Below are positions 17,708 through 27,574 of a DNA stretch of 64,000 nt, one piece after another. Under the pieces are notes generated by a model, which worked only from the letters and a program-made list of their open reading frames with translations, did not search any database and had not been told where the DNA came from. Every line of letters begins with the position of its first letter. The first letter of the stretch is position 1. Both the position numbers and the translations under genes were made by a program. Source of the DNA: Candidatus Sumerlaeia bacterium (GTDB lineage: Bacteria; Sumerlaeota; Sumerlaeia; SLMS01; JANRJK01); assembly GCA_033764015.1 (NCBI GenBank), contig JANRJK010000046.1, positions 160,001 through 224,000 of the forward strand, in the 5' to 3' direction.

Positions 17708-20371
17708 CTACTCCTCGTGCGCGAAGCACGGCCTCAACATCGAGTCGCGGAAGCCTTCCTCGTACTTGCTCCGCTCATCGAACGCCATCTTTCCGGACTT
17801 CGAAACCAACGCCAGCCGCGCAACGGCGCGGAAATCGGGATCGCGCTCCCACCCCGGCTCGGACTCGTTGGGCCTTGGCAGCCCGTCCTCGGGGGAGAGC
17901 GGCCCCAACGCGAGCTCGTGGGCGCTCCAAGGCCCCGCAAGGCGGAGCCCCGAGGGGATGGGCCGCGGCCGGTAGGGCTCGTAGTTCATCATGGTGAGGC
18001 ACGCGTAATCAGAAGACACGCCGATGCGCAGCCCGATCTCGCTCCACAGAGAGGTCACGGGTGCCACCGTATCCGGATTCTTCGCCAGGTCGGCGGAGAC
18101 CGGACCGTCGGGCAACCACCCCGTGACAAGGTGCCCCGCGTACCCGAGCACCGTTCCGAAGCTTGAGCCGAGCGCGACCGCACGCTCATACTGCTGCATC
18201 GTGGGAAGGGTCAGCGGGAGCCCAAGCGCCGCGCCGAAGCGGCCAAGCACCGAATCGGGGGTTGGCGTCGCGGGCGATCCGTTCGGGTGATCCCCCATCG
18301 CATCCACCCAACTCGGCCCGTGGACGGGCAGGAACGGCTTCTTGTGCTTCAATCCCTTCGGGAGCTTCCCGATCACATGCTTGTATTCCGCCTGCAGGAT
18401 TGGCCACTCGGAGATCCAGAATCCCTCCATGCATCGCGCCACACGCCCAAGAAGAACCCCCTCCGCCGCTTCGGGGTCCGTCCCGCCCGCGAGGAATGCA
18501 TTGCGCCGATAGAAGCCAGGCGGCATGAAGATGAACCGCATGGTGGCGTCGCCAAGTGAATAGACGCGCGGGGTCCGATGGAGTTCCAAATAGTGCCGAT
18601 CCTCGGCGCTCAACTGGTCCTCTAGGCGTCGGAGGCAATCCATCGAGTCTTGATTTGAACGGAGAATCTCTCCGAACCGAACCCTTGGCGCCACGACCAG
18701 CAGGTTCATGATTTCGCTGCGCCGCCATGGAGCAGGCAGTTTGTCCAGTTCGGCGGCAAGCAGGTGCCACTCACCCTGGAAGAGAAGTCGCATGAACATC
18801 GGAAGACTGGCGACCGGAGTCGCCTTCAGCTCATCGGGGCCGAAGGTGAGCGTGATGGATGAACCCATGCGCCTCGGCTCGGGCGGGATGACCACGGGCG
18901 CCTCGGCAATGGGTGTGGGGGGAGGGTCGTTCTTTGGGGTTGGAGCTCGCAACTCCAACTTCCCTGCATCGAATTGGTCGGCTACCTCCTTCGCGTATCG
19001 GGCGACACGCTTATGCTCCTCTTCATCCCGTATCAAAGGCCTATTGCCCGGCCCCAGGAAAGCCCACTCCTCGGCGACAAAACTAAGCTTCTTGCGCGTT
19101 AGGGAATGCCTCGTGTGCCTGTCGAAGGCGCTGCCGTCGCCGGAATACACAAAATTGGGACACATCGCAACAACCGGCCTCAGGAAGGACGGATGCTCCA
19201 CTTGCAGGGGCCTCGCCAAGTAGTAGCAATCCGCGATCGTTCTGCTGTAGCCTTGGCCCAGATACATCCACTCGCTCGGCGAAGCCGCCGGGAGTCGCTC
19301 TTCGGCGCACCAAACGCCTTCCTTGTCGATTCCATAACCATATCGCAATGATCGGAATGTTTCCGGATCGGCGCCCGGAACCACAGTGGCTCCCCGACGA
19401 TCCAGCCAGAGGATCCGCGCGCCATCGCGTGCGTACCCTCCCGGCTGCGGAGTATCGAAAAGACCCCTAACGAAGAGCCCTGCGTCCAGCGGCTGAAACT
19501 CCAGCGGGTTGATGCCATCCAGGATCCTCCCGTCCCAGGAAACCGACCCGCCAGTCGTCCGGATCTCGATCGGATCCGGGATCCTGAAGCGCTCATCTTC
19601 GAACGAGGGATCCTCTACGAGCTTCAGGAATAGGGAGTCCAACGCCTTCGCGCTGAGAAGCCACTTGGCCAAGAAATCCTTCTGCCCCTGCTCGTGATCC
19701 ACATGGGTGTCGCCAACGAAGAACCGCGAGCCGGCCTTCGCGTAGTGGGAGTCCACCCTAAGGGTCATGCAATTCAACCCCTTCGTTGGCCGCGGCCGCG
19801 CCTCATCATCATAGAAGATGTGTGATTTGTCGATGGAACTCAGTCCATAAAGCGGAAACCATGATTTCAGGTCCGCCCCTTTGAGCAGGCTGCAACCCAC
19901 GTAGGCCCGGGTTCCATCTTCCGCAAAGCCATTGCGAAGGGAAATCAACTTGGTTGTATCAGCCTTCGCGAGTGGCCCGGTGGGCCTGCCACCGGTGCTC
20001 AACCGCCGAAAGAACGCCCTCTTGTTATCGGCCCCGTACGAGATTTCATCCATTCTTCCATAATACTCGTGACTATCCATTAGATAGCCGGGATCAAGAG
20101 CGCGAAAAGTCGACGCATCCGCCTGCTTCATCACAGAGGACCCTACATGGACCGCCTTGCAATCGACCCCGTAAACCACATTCAGCACCCGGAAGGTGGC
20201 CAGATCCGCCTTGTTGCACTGGGACCATTCCTGATAGACCCGCTTCCGGTCCCGCGCCCAACCGAAGGGTAATTCTTCGAATGTCTCGTGGTGGCACTGG
20301 AGCACCTGTCTTCCGGTGCGGACTTTTCCATCCAAGTAATTGTAGGGGCTGGGATAGTAGTTGAGGGCCAT
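17708..20371 (-). CDS. DKNYY-repeat protein fused to a degenerate FGE-sulfatase-like C-terminal domain
   Basis: Repeats ADLATFRVL...YGVD, ADASTFRAL, GADPETFRSLRYGYGIDKEGVW; C-terminus FIFMPPG...GFWISEWPILQAEY...PVHGPSWVDA...LTLPTMQQYERA. Confidence 0.7.
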   Translation of the reverse strand: MALNYYPSPYNYLDGKVRTGRQVLQCHHETFEELPFGWARDRKRVYQEWSQCNKADLATFRVLNVVYGVDCKAVHVGSSVMKQADASTFRALDPGYLMDSHEYYGRMDEISYGADNKRAFFRRLSTGGRPTGPLAKADTTKLISLRNGFAEDGTRAYVGCSLLKGADLKSWFPLYGLSSIDKSHIFYDDEARPRPTKGLNCMTLRVDSHYAKAGSRFFVGDTHVDHEQGQKDFLAKWLLSAKALDSLFLKLVEDPSFEDERFRIPDPIEIRTTGGSVSWDGRILDGINPLEFQPLDAGLFVRGLFDTPQPGGYARDGARILWLDRRGATVVPGADPETFRSLRYGYGIDKEGVWCAEERLPAASPSEWMYLGQGYSRTIADCYYLARPLQVEHPSFLRPVVAMCPNFVYSGDGSAFDRHTRHSLTRKKLSFVAEEWAFLGPGNRPLIRDEEEHKRVARYAKEVADQFDAGKLELRAPTPKNDPPPTPIAEAPVVIPPEPRRMGSSITLTFGPDELKATPVASLPMFMRLLFQGEWHLLAAELDKLPAPWRRSEIMNLLVVAPRVRFGEILRSNQDSMDCLRRLEDQLSAEDRHYLELHRTPRVYSLGDATMRFIFMPPGFYRRNAFLAGGTDPEAAEGVLLGRVARCMEGFWISEWPILQAEYKHVIGKLPKGLKHKKPFLPVHGPSWVDAMGDHPNGSPATPTPDSVLGRFGAALGLPLTLPTMQQYERAVALGSSFGTVLGYAGHLVTGWLPDGPVSADLAKNPDTVAPVTSLWSEIGLRIGVSSDYACLTMMNYEPYRPRPIPSGLRLAGPWSAHELALGPLSPEDGLPRPNESEPGWERDPDFRAVARLALVSKSGKMAFDERSKYEEGFRDSMLRPCFAHEE

Positions 20372-20449
20372 TTGCGGGAGCCTTGCCGGAGGGGTTGGCT
20401 CAATCGCGCCCGGTCAAGAGCGACTCCGCAAGCCCAATCACGCAACTCC

Positions 20450-22465
20450 CTACCCGAAGTAGTCGAAATCCCGTTCGCTCCGCACCCGTCGGCGCAGAAG
20501 GAACGCATGGCAGGGGAGCGTGCGCGGATCGAGCAAGAGCTGGGCGTAGCGGCCCTGCCAGTGCAGCCGGATGTCGCCGAGCAGGTCGTGCACCTGGTAC
20601 ACGTCGTCCTCGGGGATGTGAAGCTCGTCGATCGGCACCTCGAGCCATGCGGCCTCCACCGACCGGGGATCGAGGTTCACGACGAACAGGAGCACGTCGC
20701 GCAGGTCGAGCGTGCGCCGGCTGTAGAAGAGCACGCTGCCGTTGTCCGTCCGGTGGAACGAAAGCACGCCGCCGGGCTGGAGCGCCGGGTGGTCGCGGCG
20801 CACCGCGTTGAGGCGCGTGATGAATTCGCGGATGCCTTGGCGCTGGGGTCCGCGGCGCGGGCGCAGCTCGAACTTCTCGGAGTGCGCGTACTCCTCCGTG
20901 CCGGGAATCGCCTCGTTCTCGCCGAGCTCGAAGCCGGAGTAGACGCCCCACGAGTCGCCGAGCGTCGCGGCGAGGAACGCGCGCACCAGGAACGCCGCGC
21001 GGCCGCCCGCCTGCAGGTACTCCGGCAGCACGTCCGGCGTCGTCGGGAACAGGTTCGGGCGGAAGTACTCCGACTTCTGGTCCGAGCGCAGGTCGGCGAA
21101 GAACTCGACCAGCTCCTGCTTCGTGTTCCGCCAGGGGAAGTAGGTGAGCATCTGCGAGAAGCCGGCCTTCGCGAGCGCCTCCTGAAGGCGCGGCGTGGTG
21201 AAGGACTCCGCGAGGAAGACCGCGTCCGGGTGCTTCCCGCGCACTTCCGCGAGCACCCACTCCCAGAAGGCGAGCGGCTTCGCGTGCGGATGGTCCACGC
21301 GGAAGCAGCGCACGCCGCGCGCGCACCAGAAGAGGAACACGTCGCGGAGCGCGGCCCAGAGCGCGCGCCACTCCGCGCCGCAGAAATCGAACGCGACGAT
21401 GTCGGTGAACGCCTGCCGCGGATGGTCGACGGGCTGCGGCGATCCGTCGGCGCGGCGCAGGAACCAGCCCGGGTGCTCCGCGATCCAAGGGTGGTCCGGC
21501 GAGGCGTGCAGCGCGATCTCCATCGCCACCTCGAGGCCCTTCTCCCGCGCGGCGGCGGTGAAGCGCTCGAAGTCCTCCAGCGTGCCGAGCCGCGGATCGA
21601 TGCTGGTGTGGCCCCCCTCCGGCGAGCCGATCGCCCAGGGCGATCCCGGATCGCCGGCGCGCGCCGCCCCTTGGCCCTCCCGCCCCTTGCGGTTCGTCGT
21701 CCCCACCGGATGCACCGGCGACAGCAGCACCGTGTTGAAGCCCATCCGCGCGATGTCGTCCAGCCGCTGCTCCGCGTCGCGCAGCGTGCCGTGCGTGCGC
21801 TCGTCCGGGCCGCAGGAGCGCGGGAAGAACTGGTACCAGGATCCGTAGGCGGCGCGCTCGCGCTCGACCAGCACGACGAGTTCCTGCTCGTAGGCGGTGT
21901 GCTGCCCGCGCGGGCCGTGCTCCGCCATTTGCTCCGCGAGTTCGCCGTCGAGCGCCGTGTGGATGCGCGCCATGCCGAGATCGCGGTCGGCGAGCCGTGC
22001 TGCGGCCTTCTGCAGCGCGAGGCGCACCGCGCCCTTCGCCGACTTGGCGGCGGCCCTCAGCATCGCCGCGCCCGAGGCGAGCTCCGCCTCCGTGTCGCGA
22101 CCCGCCATCGCCGCGCGCCGCAGCCGCTCGCGCCACGTCGCGAACTCGTCCACCCACGCCTCGACCGTGTAGAAGTAGCGCCCCGGCGCGTAGAGCTGGA
22201 ACGCCGCCGCCCACAGCCCGTCGCCGTGCGGCTTCATCGGCACCAACTGCCAGGTTTCGTCGTGCTCGTGGCGGAACAGCGCCGCCGCGCGCGCCTCCAG
22301 CGGCTCCGGATGCAGCACGCTCGCCGTCACGCCGAGCCACTCGCCCGAAATGCGCCGCGTCGGGTAGCGTCCTCCCTCGAGGCGCGGGCGCACATCGCTG
22401 ATCGAAATCGACGACGGCGCGCCGGCGGGAAGCGTGTCCGCGTGGGCGGGGTGCTGCGGCGACAT
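20450..22465 (-). CDS. glgE: Alpha-1,4-glucan:maltose-1-phosphate maltosyltransferase
   Basis: WYQFFPRS, GSPWAIGSPEGGH, SPDHPW, FRVDHPHAKP, FLAESFT, RPNLFPTTPDVL, SEKFE, ERDFDYF. Confidence 0.93.
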   Translation of the reverse strand: MSPQHPAHADTLPAGAPSSISISDVRPRLEGGRYPTRRISGEWLGVTASVLHPEPLEARAAALFRHEHDETWQLVPMKPHGDGLWAAAFQLYAPGRYFYTVEAWVDEFATWRERLRRAAMAGRDTEAELASGAAMLRAAAKSAKGAVRLALQKAAARLADRDLGMARIHTALDGELAEQMAEHGPRGQHTAYEQELVVLVERERAAYGSWYQFFPRSCGPDERTHGTLRDAEQRLDDIARMGFNTVLLSPVHPVGTTNRKGREGQGAARAGDPGSPWAIGSPEGGHTSIDPRLGTLEDFERFTAAAREKGLEVAMEIALHASPDHPWIAEHPGWFLRRADGSPQPVDHPRQAFTDIVAFDFCGAEWRALWAALRDVFLFWCARGVRCFRVDHPHAKPLAFWEWVLAEVRGKHPDAVFLAESFTTPRLQEALAKAGFSQMLTYFPWRNTKQELVEFFADLRSDQKSEYFRPNLFPTTPDVLPEYLQAGGRAAFLVRAFLAATLGDSWGVYSGFELGENEAIPGTEEYAHSEKFELRPRRGPQRQGIREFITRLNAVRRDHPALQPGGVLSFHRTDNGSVLFYSRRTLDLRDVLLFVVNLDPRSVEAAWLEVPIDELHIPEDDVYQVHDLLGDIRLHWQGRYAQLLLDPRTLPCHAFLLRRRVRSERDFDYFG

Positions 22466-22544
22466 TCCTCGCGGTCTCTCCAGTGTGCTCCGAGTGACGG
22501 GATGATTGTACGATTCCCGCGCGGGGCAACCGGATTGGCGCACC

Positions 22545-24077
22545 CTACCGCGGCAGAAGCCGATGCTCCTCCCGGATTTCCCAGTTGTTGAACGAACCGC
22601 GGACGTAGAGTTCGTCGGAGAACGTCGGCAGTTCGGCCCTGAACGTGACGGAGCCGCCACGGACTTGCGGCCACGCGCCGTCCGGCGAGGCGGAACCGTC
22701 GGCAGGGACTTCCAGGACGTTGTTGATCTCGAAGTCGGAACCCCGTCTGCCCGGATTCGAGGGATCGACGAACCAGATGTCTTCCGACGGGGAGTAGAAC
22801 TTGTACTCGTGGACCCCGGCGGGGATCGTCGTGGTGAGTTCGAATGCGCGCTCGGGCACGCGCTGGAGGCGGTAGGCGTCGCTCCGCCGCCAATTGGCGA
22901 AGGTGCCGCGGACGTAGACGGTGTCGCGCAGCGTCGGCATCGACACGCGGAAGGTCACCTCGTTGGTGCTGTCGTCGACGGCGGGCCAACGCAAGCGCGA
23001 GCCATCGGCGGCCTTGGCGCCACCGGGCACCGAGAAGACGGCGTTCGCCATCACGCCTTCGCCGACCTTCATCGGGTTCAGGATGTCGTCCTGCCAATTG
23101 TCCGCGGGCGCGTAGAACTTGTACGCGTAGCGCCCCGGCTCCAAGCGCAGCTTCCCTTGAAACGTGCGGATCTCGGGGCGGGAGAGCTCGAGGTTGACGT
23201 CGGTGTTGTTTCCGGCCGCGACCGAGAACGACGGTGACTGCGCCTGAAGCCCGTTGTCCAAGATCGCTCCGACCGCGTACTCGCCCGGCAGCAGGTTCTT
23301 CAGCCGCACTTCCGCGCCATAAAGCGCGATGCGCGACACGATCGGCTCCGTGAACGTCTCGTACTCCGCGGTGAGCATCCCCTTCGGCGCCTCGCCGCCG
23401 CCGGTGAGGCGCACCGTGGCGCTGCCCGTCGGAATGTCGATGGCCAGGTCGCCCCCGTCCTTCGCCGGGATCGTCACGGTGCCGGGCATCATCCGAAGGC
23501 CGAAGTAGCCGGACGTCACGCCGACCTTGTACTCGCCGGGGAGGACGCGCGACGAATACGCGCCGTTCCCGTCGAGGCGCAGCTCGTGCCGCCGATCCTC
23601 CGCGACAAGGTCGACCCGGAAGCCGATCGCCGGCGGGACTTCGCCGCCGATGCGCACCGTTCCGCGAACCGGCACCCAACGTCCAAAGGACAGTTCGGCG
23701 CTCGTGCGCGTGGCCGGTGCGAGCACCACCGGCGTCTCCTCCGTAAGAAGCTCGCTCTCCGCGAGAGTCTGGCTCCAAAGCCGGTAGCTGCCCGGTGCCA
23801 CCCGTTCGAGGGAGAAGCGTCCCTCGGCGTCGGAGGTGGTCGACAAGGAGGAGCTCCCGGCGACCTGCGAGGCCGGGGTCAGCGACACCAGCGCGCCACC
23901 GAGTGGCTCGCCGTCGACGCCGCGAAGGACGCCACCGATGGCGCTCAGCTCGCCGAGCTCCGGCGCGCTCGCGACACGCTGCGTTCCAACCTCGACGCCA
24001 CCTCCCCGCGTCGCGCATCCCGCCGCCAACGCCAACAGCACCACTGCGCTCAACGCACCGAGCCCCCGAAGCATCAT
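22545..24077 (-). CDS. Lipoprotein with carboxypeptidase-regulatory-like Ig domains and C-terminal CBM48-like repeats (last repeat truncated)
   Basis: Lipobox LAAGC; SDAEGRFSLERVAPGSYRL; PGRYAYKFY...DILNP, VYVRGTFANW...GVHEYKFY...DPSNP, then LYVRGSFNNW followed soon by a stop. Confidence 0.8.
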   Translation of the reverse strand: MMLRGLGALSAVVLLALAAGCATRGGGVEVGTQRVASAPELGELSAIGGVLRGVDGEPLGGALVSLTPASQVAGSSSLSTTSDAEGRFSLERVAPGSYRLWSQTLAESELLTEETPVVLAPATRTSAELSFGRWVPVRGTVRIGGEVPPAIGFRVDLVAEDRRHELRLDGNGAYSSRVLPGEYKVGVTSGYFGLRMMPGTVTIPAKDGGDLAIDIPTGSATVRLTGGGEAPKGMLTAEYETFTEPIVSRIALYGAEVRLKNLLPGEYAVGAILDNGLQAQSPSFSVAAGNNTDVNLELSRPEIRTFQGKLRLEPGRYAYKFYAPADNWQDDILNPMKVGEGVMANAVFSVPGGAKAADGSRLRWPAVDDSTNEVTFRVSMPTLRDTVYVRGTFANWRRSDAYRLQRVPERAFELTTTIPAGVHEYKFYSPSEDIWFVDPSNPGRRGSDFEINNVLEVPADGSASPDGAWPQVRGGSVTFRAELPTFSDELYVRGSFNNWEIREEHRLLPR

Positions 24078-24340
24078 TGCCCGTCTCCTAGGTGTGGTAA
24101 CCAACACCGTATCGTGGCGCTTTCCGGTGCTGCGGTCAAAGTCCAAACGGTGCGCGGACCCGGAGTGTCTTCGCGCGCTGCGAGGGACGCCCGGGAAAGC
24201 ACACCATCGAACTCGGATCATCCGCCTCGAGCGCTCGCCGCCGCCTCACCCCATGCCCAAAGCCGCCGCCCCGCTCAAAGGCCCACGATGGATCGCCCTA
24301 GCAGCGTGTCGATCTCGGACGCGATGAGGCACAGTTGCAT

Positions 24341-25453
24341 TACTGACCTCCCCCTGACCGCTTGACGTTGTTTCGGCGCGCCTGCGGCAGTGGGCGCCAT
24401 GTCCAGCCGCAAACCCTACCCCTACCACATGCTTGTCGATCCGGAGCGCGCCGCGCGGGCCCGCCGCGAGGCGGTGCTCGAAGTCGACCGTGGCGCCACG
24501 AAGGCCCATGTCGCCCGCCAAAACGGCGTCAGCCGCCAGACCGTCGACGCCTGGTGCAAGCTCGCCGATCCCGAGACGCGCGAGGTGCCGCTCAAGCCCG
24601 ATGGCCCCAAGCGCCGCGTGCCGCTCGACGTGCTCGCCTTGAAGGTCGCGCCGCAGTTCGACAAGGGGCCCCGGGCTTGCGGCTTCGACGCGGACGCATG
24701 GACCGCGCGGCTCGCCTCCCGCCTGATCGAGCGGGAGACAGGGGTCGCGTACGCGCCGGGCTACACGGCGCGGCTGCTCGCCCGCATGGGCTTCTCGCCG
24801 CAGAAGCCGGAGCGGCGCGCGCGAACGCGACGAGGAAGCGATCACGGCTTGGCGGCGCGAGGTGCCGCCGGAGCTGGAAAAAAAAGGTGGCTGAGGGCGC
24901 AACGCTCGTCGCGGCGGACGAGACGGGCCTCTCGCAGGTGCCGACCGTCGTGCGCACTTGGGCGCGCCGCGGGCGCACGCCGCGGCTCCGGCACCCGTTC
25001 AACTGGAAGAAGCTCTCGGCGCTCGTGCTGCTCACGCACCGGGGCGCCGCGCTCTGCGACATCGTCCCCGGCGCCTTCACCGCGGATCGCGTGCTGCTGA
25101 ACCTGAAGGCGCTGCTGGCCACCATCCCCGGGCGCATCGTGCTCCTCCTCGACAACGCCTCGATCCACCGCAGCCGAGCCATCCGCGAGTGGCTCGAAGA
25201 GCCCGCCGTGGCCGCGCGCCTCGAAATCGCCTGGCTGCCGCCCTACGCGCCCGAGCTGAACCCGGTGGAACTGCTGTTCTCGTCCATCAAGCGCGTGGAA
25301 CTCGGCAACCACCACGCGGAAGACCTCGGCGCCCTCGAACACCGCTTCCGCGCCGCACGCCAACGCGCCGCCCACGCAAACACCCAAAGCTACTTCGACC
25401 ACGCGCTCGGGGTTACACTCGAGCAACGTCAGGAGGTAGCGTGATGGTTAGTA
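24341..25453 (+). mobile_element. IS630-family insertion sequence (~1.1 kb)
   Basis: TA at both ends. Imperfect TIRs: TACTGACCTCCCCCTGACCGCTTGACGTTG (24341-) versus TACTAACCATCACGCTACCTCCTGACGTTG (reverse complement ending 25453). Contains HTH and DDE transposase ORFs. Confidence 0.9.
24399..25444 (+). pseudogene. IS630 transposase split over three frames
   Basis: The HTH part ends FSPQKPERRA. A shift in the GC-dinucleotide run 24815-24823 gives ERDEEAITAWRREVPPELEKK. The A8 run at 24878-24885 then leads into the DDE part (ADETG, LDNASIH, LPPYAPELNPVE). Confidence 0.85.
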
Positions 25454-26294
25454 GGCCACTATCCTCTCCCTGATGCGCTGGGGAGCCGTCCGGAGTGATG
25501 CTCACGACACGCATGTCCGACGCCAAGTTGGGTAACTCGCCCCCCGACAGTCTTCCAGAGAGGACGACGCAGCCACTCGGGGTTCGCCGGGTCGAAGTCT
25601 TTCCTCCCTCGAAGTATCCAACGAAGTCCAAGGCGTCTTGAGCGTCCCCATAAATCTCGATGCTCACCGGAATCGCTTGACTGCTCGTCCGGTGCCTGTC
25701 CAGAGTGGGGGACAAACGGTCCTCGGGCAGGAAGGCCCCTCGGTATTGGATGATTCCATCGCCGCGCAGGCGTTCCAAGTTCAGTTCGGCGTCGCCTTGG
25801 GGCACCCAGACCAAGAAGGCGTTGGCGTCAAGGTACGACAGGCGACGGACTCCTGCAGCTTCCAAGTCCCTTAGTTCTTCCGCTGTGGGCGGCGTGGGGA
25901 ACTGGACAATCTGAAGGCGAGTCGCTGGAACCTCGAATCGGGCCTGATCAGTTCCAGTGAAGACCGTTCGGCGCGCCAGTCGGATTTCATCGTCCGATTT
26001 CCGAAGGAGGGAAGCAGGAATGAGCGGCGCGTAGCTGGATGGAATTTCCCATACCTCCATCAGCTCCCGGGAGCGCAATCGAACAGCCCCCGGAAGCCTC
26101 ATGATGAACTGTCGCGCATCCTCCCCGTCGACAACGAGGGGAGATTGAGTAGACTGGCCTCGGATCTGTTGGATCGGCAAGACAACTTTGACGACTTCAT
26201 TCTCTGTTTCGGCGGATACCGTGGCGCAAAGTCCCAGCGCTACGAGTACGGTGAGGATGGATCGACCTGTGCGGCGGAGGCTACCAGTTGACAT
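25454..26294 (-). pseudogene. Secreted S8-peptidase-like protein, only the N-terminal prodomain remains; truncated by IS630
   Basis: Signal peptide; LQIVQFPTPP...LEAAGVRRLSYLDANAFLV...YRGAFLPEDRLSP resembles subtilase propeptides; the frame runs into the IS end with no catalytic domain. Confidence 0.6.
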
Positions 26295-26339
26295 CCTGCT
26301 ACTCCTGTGGAGATGTAGTGTTGCCGAGGTGAAGGGCCC

Positions 26340-27574
26340 CTATCGGGTTCTGCCAAGTAATGCGTCCAAATTGGGGCCGAAGTCAAGAACGTCCGAAACG
26401 TCAAGGATTGCGTCACAATTGATGTCCAGAAGTCCGTTGCAGGAAGAAAAGGAACAGAAGTTGGAGAAGCATTCTGGCGGGGCCACGGCAGGAACTCCTA
26501 CGGTGTCATCTGCCGATAGAGTCGTGAATAACTCTACTCGAACATTCGCCAACCAGCCGAAGGAACCAGTTGGGATGGGCGTGCGAGGATCGTTAGACTC
26601 AATTCCAATCTGAAGAGACTGGGTCAAGCCTGTTCCCGTTGAAAATCCGTTAATGTCTCGCGCCAAGCCTTTCATGTCAGCATCCAAGGTCAAGGGAACA
26701 CAGTAGGCGTCTCCAGGACAGATCACTCTTCCCTCTGGAAACTCGACCTCATTAATCTTGTAAGGCAGAGGGTAGTTTCGCGGATAGACGCGATAGACGA
26801 CCAAGGGAGCCGTGCCCACGTTTTCAATCGTGATGGGATAGATCCAGCTTTCCTTTCCATCTAGGCTAAGCTTACCGCGCGTGAACACAAACTGATCCGT
26901 GTCAGAGAACTCGCTCGACACACGAATTTGCGGCGCCGGATCGCCCTCATTGGCCACCGGGGTCGGGGTGGGTGTCGCTACGATGCCAGATCGAGGTCTA
27001 ACTACAATCGCAGGACCGCAGGGGCAGAAAGCTCCTGCAAGGGCTTCAGAGCCAATTACGTCATACACCCCAGATAGGTCCGTAAGGACGTAGATGAAAG
27101 AGTTTGATGTGGAAAAGTATGGAGAGAACGCGCCGCCAATCAGACCATCACCTTCGAAAGTCTCAACTCCTCGAAGCCTCATTTCAAGCGGTCGAACTAG
27201 TCCGGGGACATCCCCGATGTCGAAGCGGATACAGTCTCCGACGGTGTATTCTGACCAAGAAGGTGGAAAGGCGAAGTAACAAGGATAAGTCTGTTGGCAT
27301 GGCGTCGCCTGCGGCCCAGGCGTGGGTGTGGGGTCGCACCTCGCGTAGAGGTCGTCTTGCCGGGTGTCATGGGGAGGCTGAGCGAGGCCGAGCGCGCCAA
27401 GAAACGCGGCGATGCGGTGGCCCGCGTTCGGCGGGCGGGGGCTGGGGGAACCGGCGAGCTTGAAGGTATAGCGCATGGTCTTGGTGCTCCCGAGATGATC
27501 AGTAGGTTAGGGTCATACAGGACATGGGGGCAATCAAAATCGATCTGTATTGAGTCATTATTCGAAGATGTCGT
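26340..27574 (-). pseudogene. 5'-truncated extracellular protein with PT linkers, an Ig-like domain and a dockerin-like end
   Basis: PTPTP linkers; APQIRV...ITIENVGTAPLVV; C-terminal DINCDAILDVSDV; no signal peptide; abuts the IS5 TIR at 27575; possible frameshift near 27330. Confidence 0.5.
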
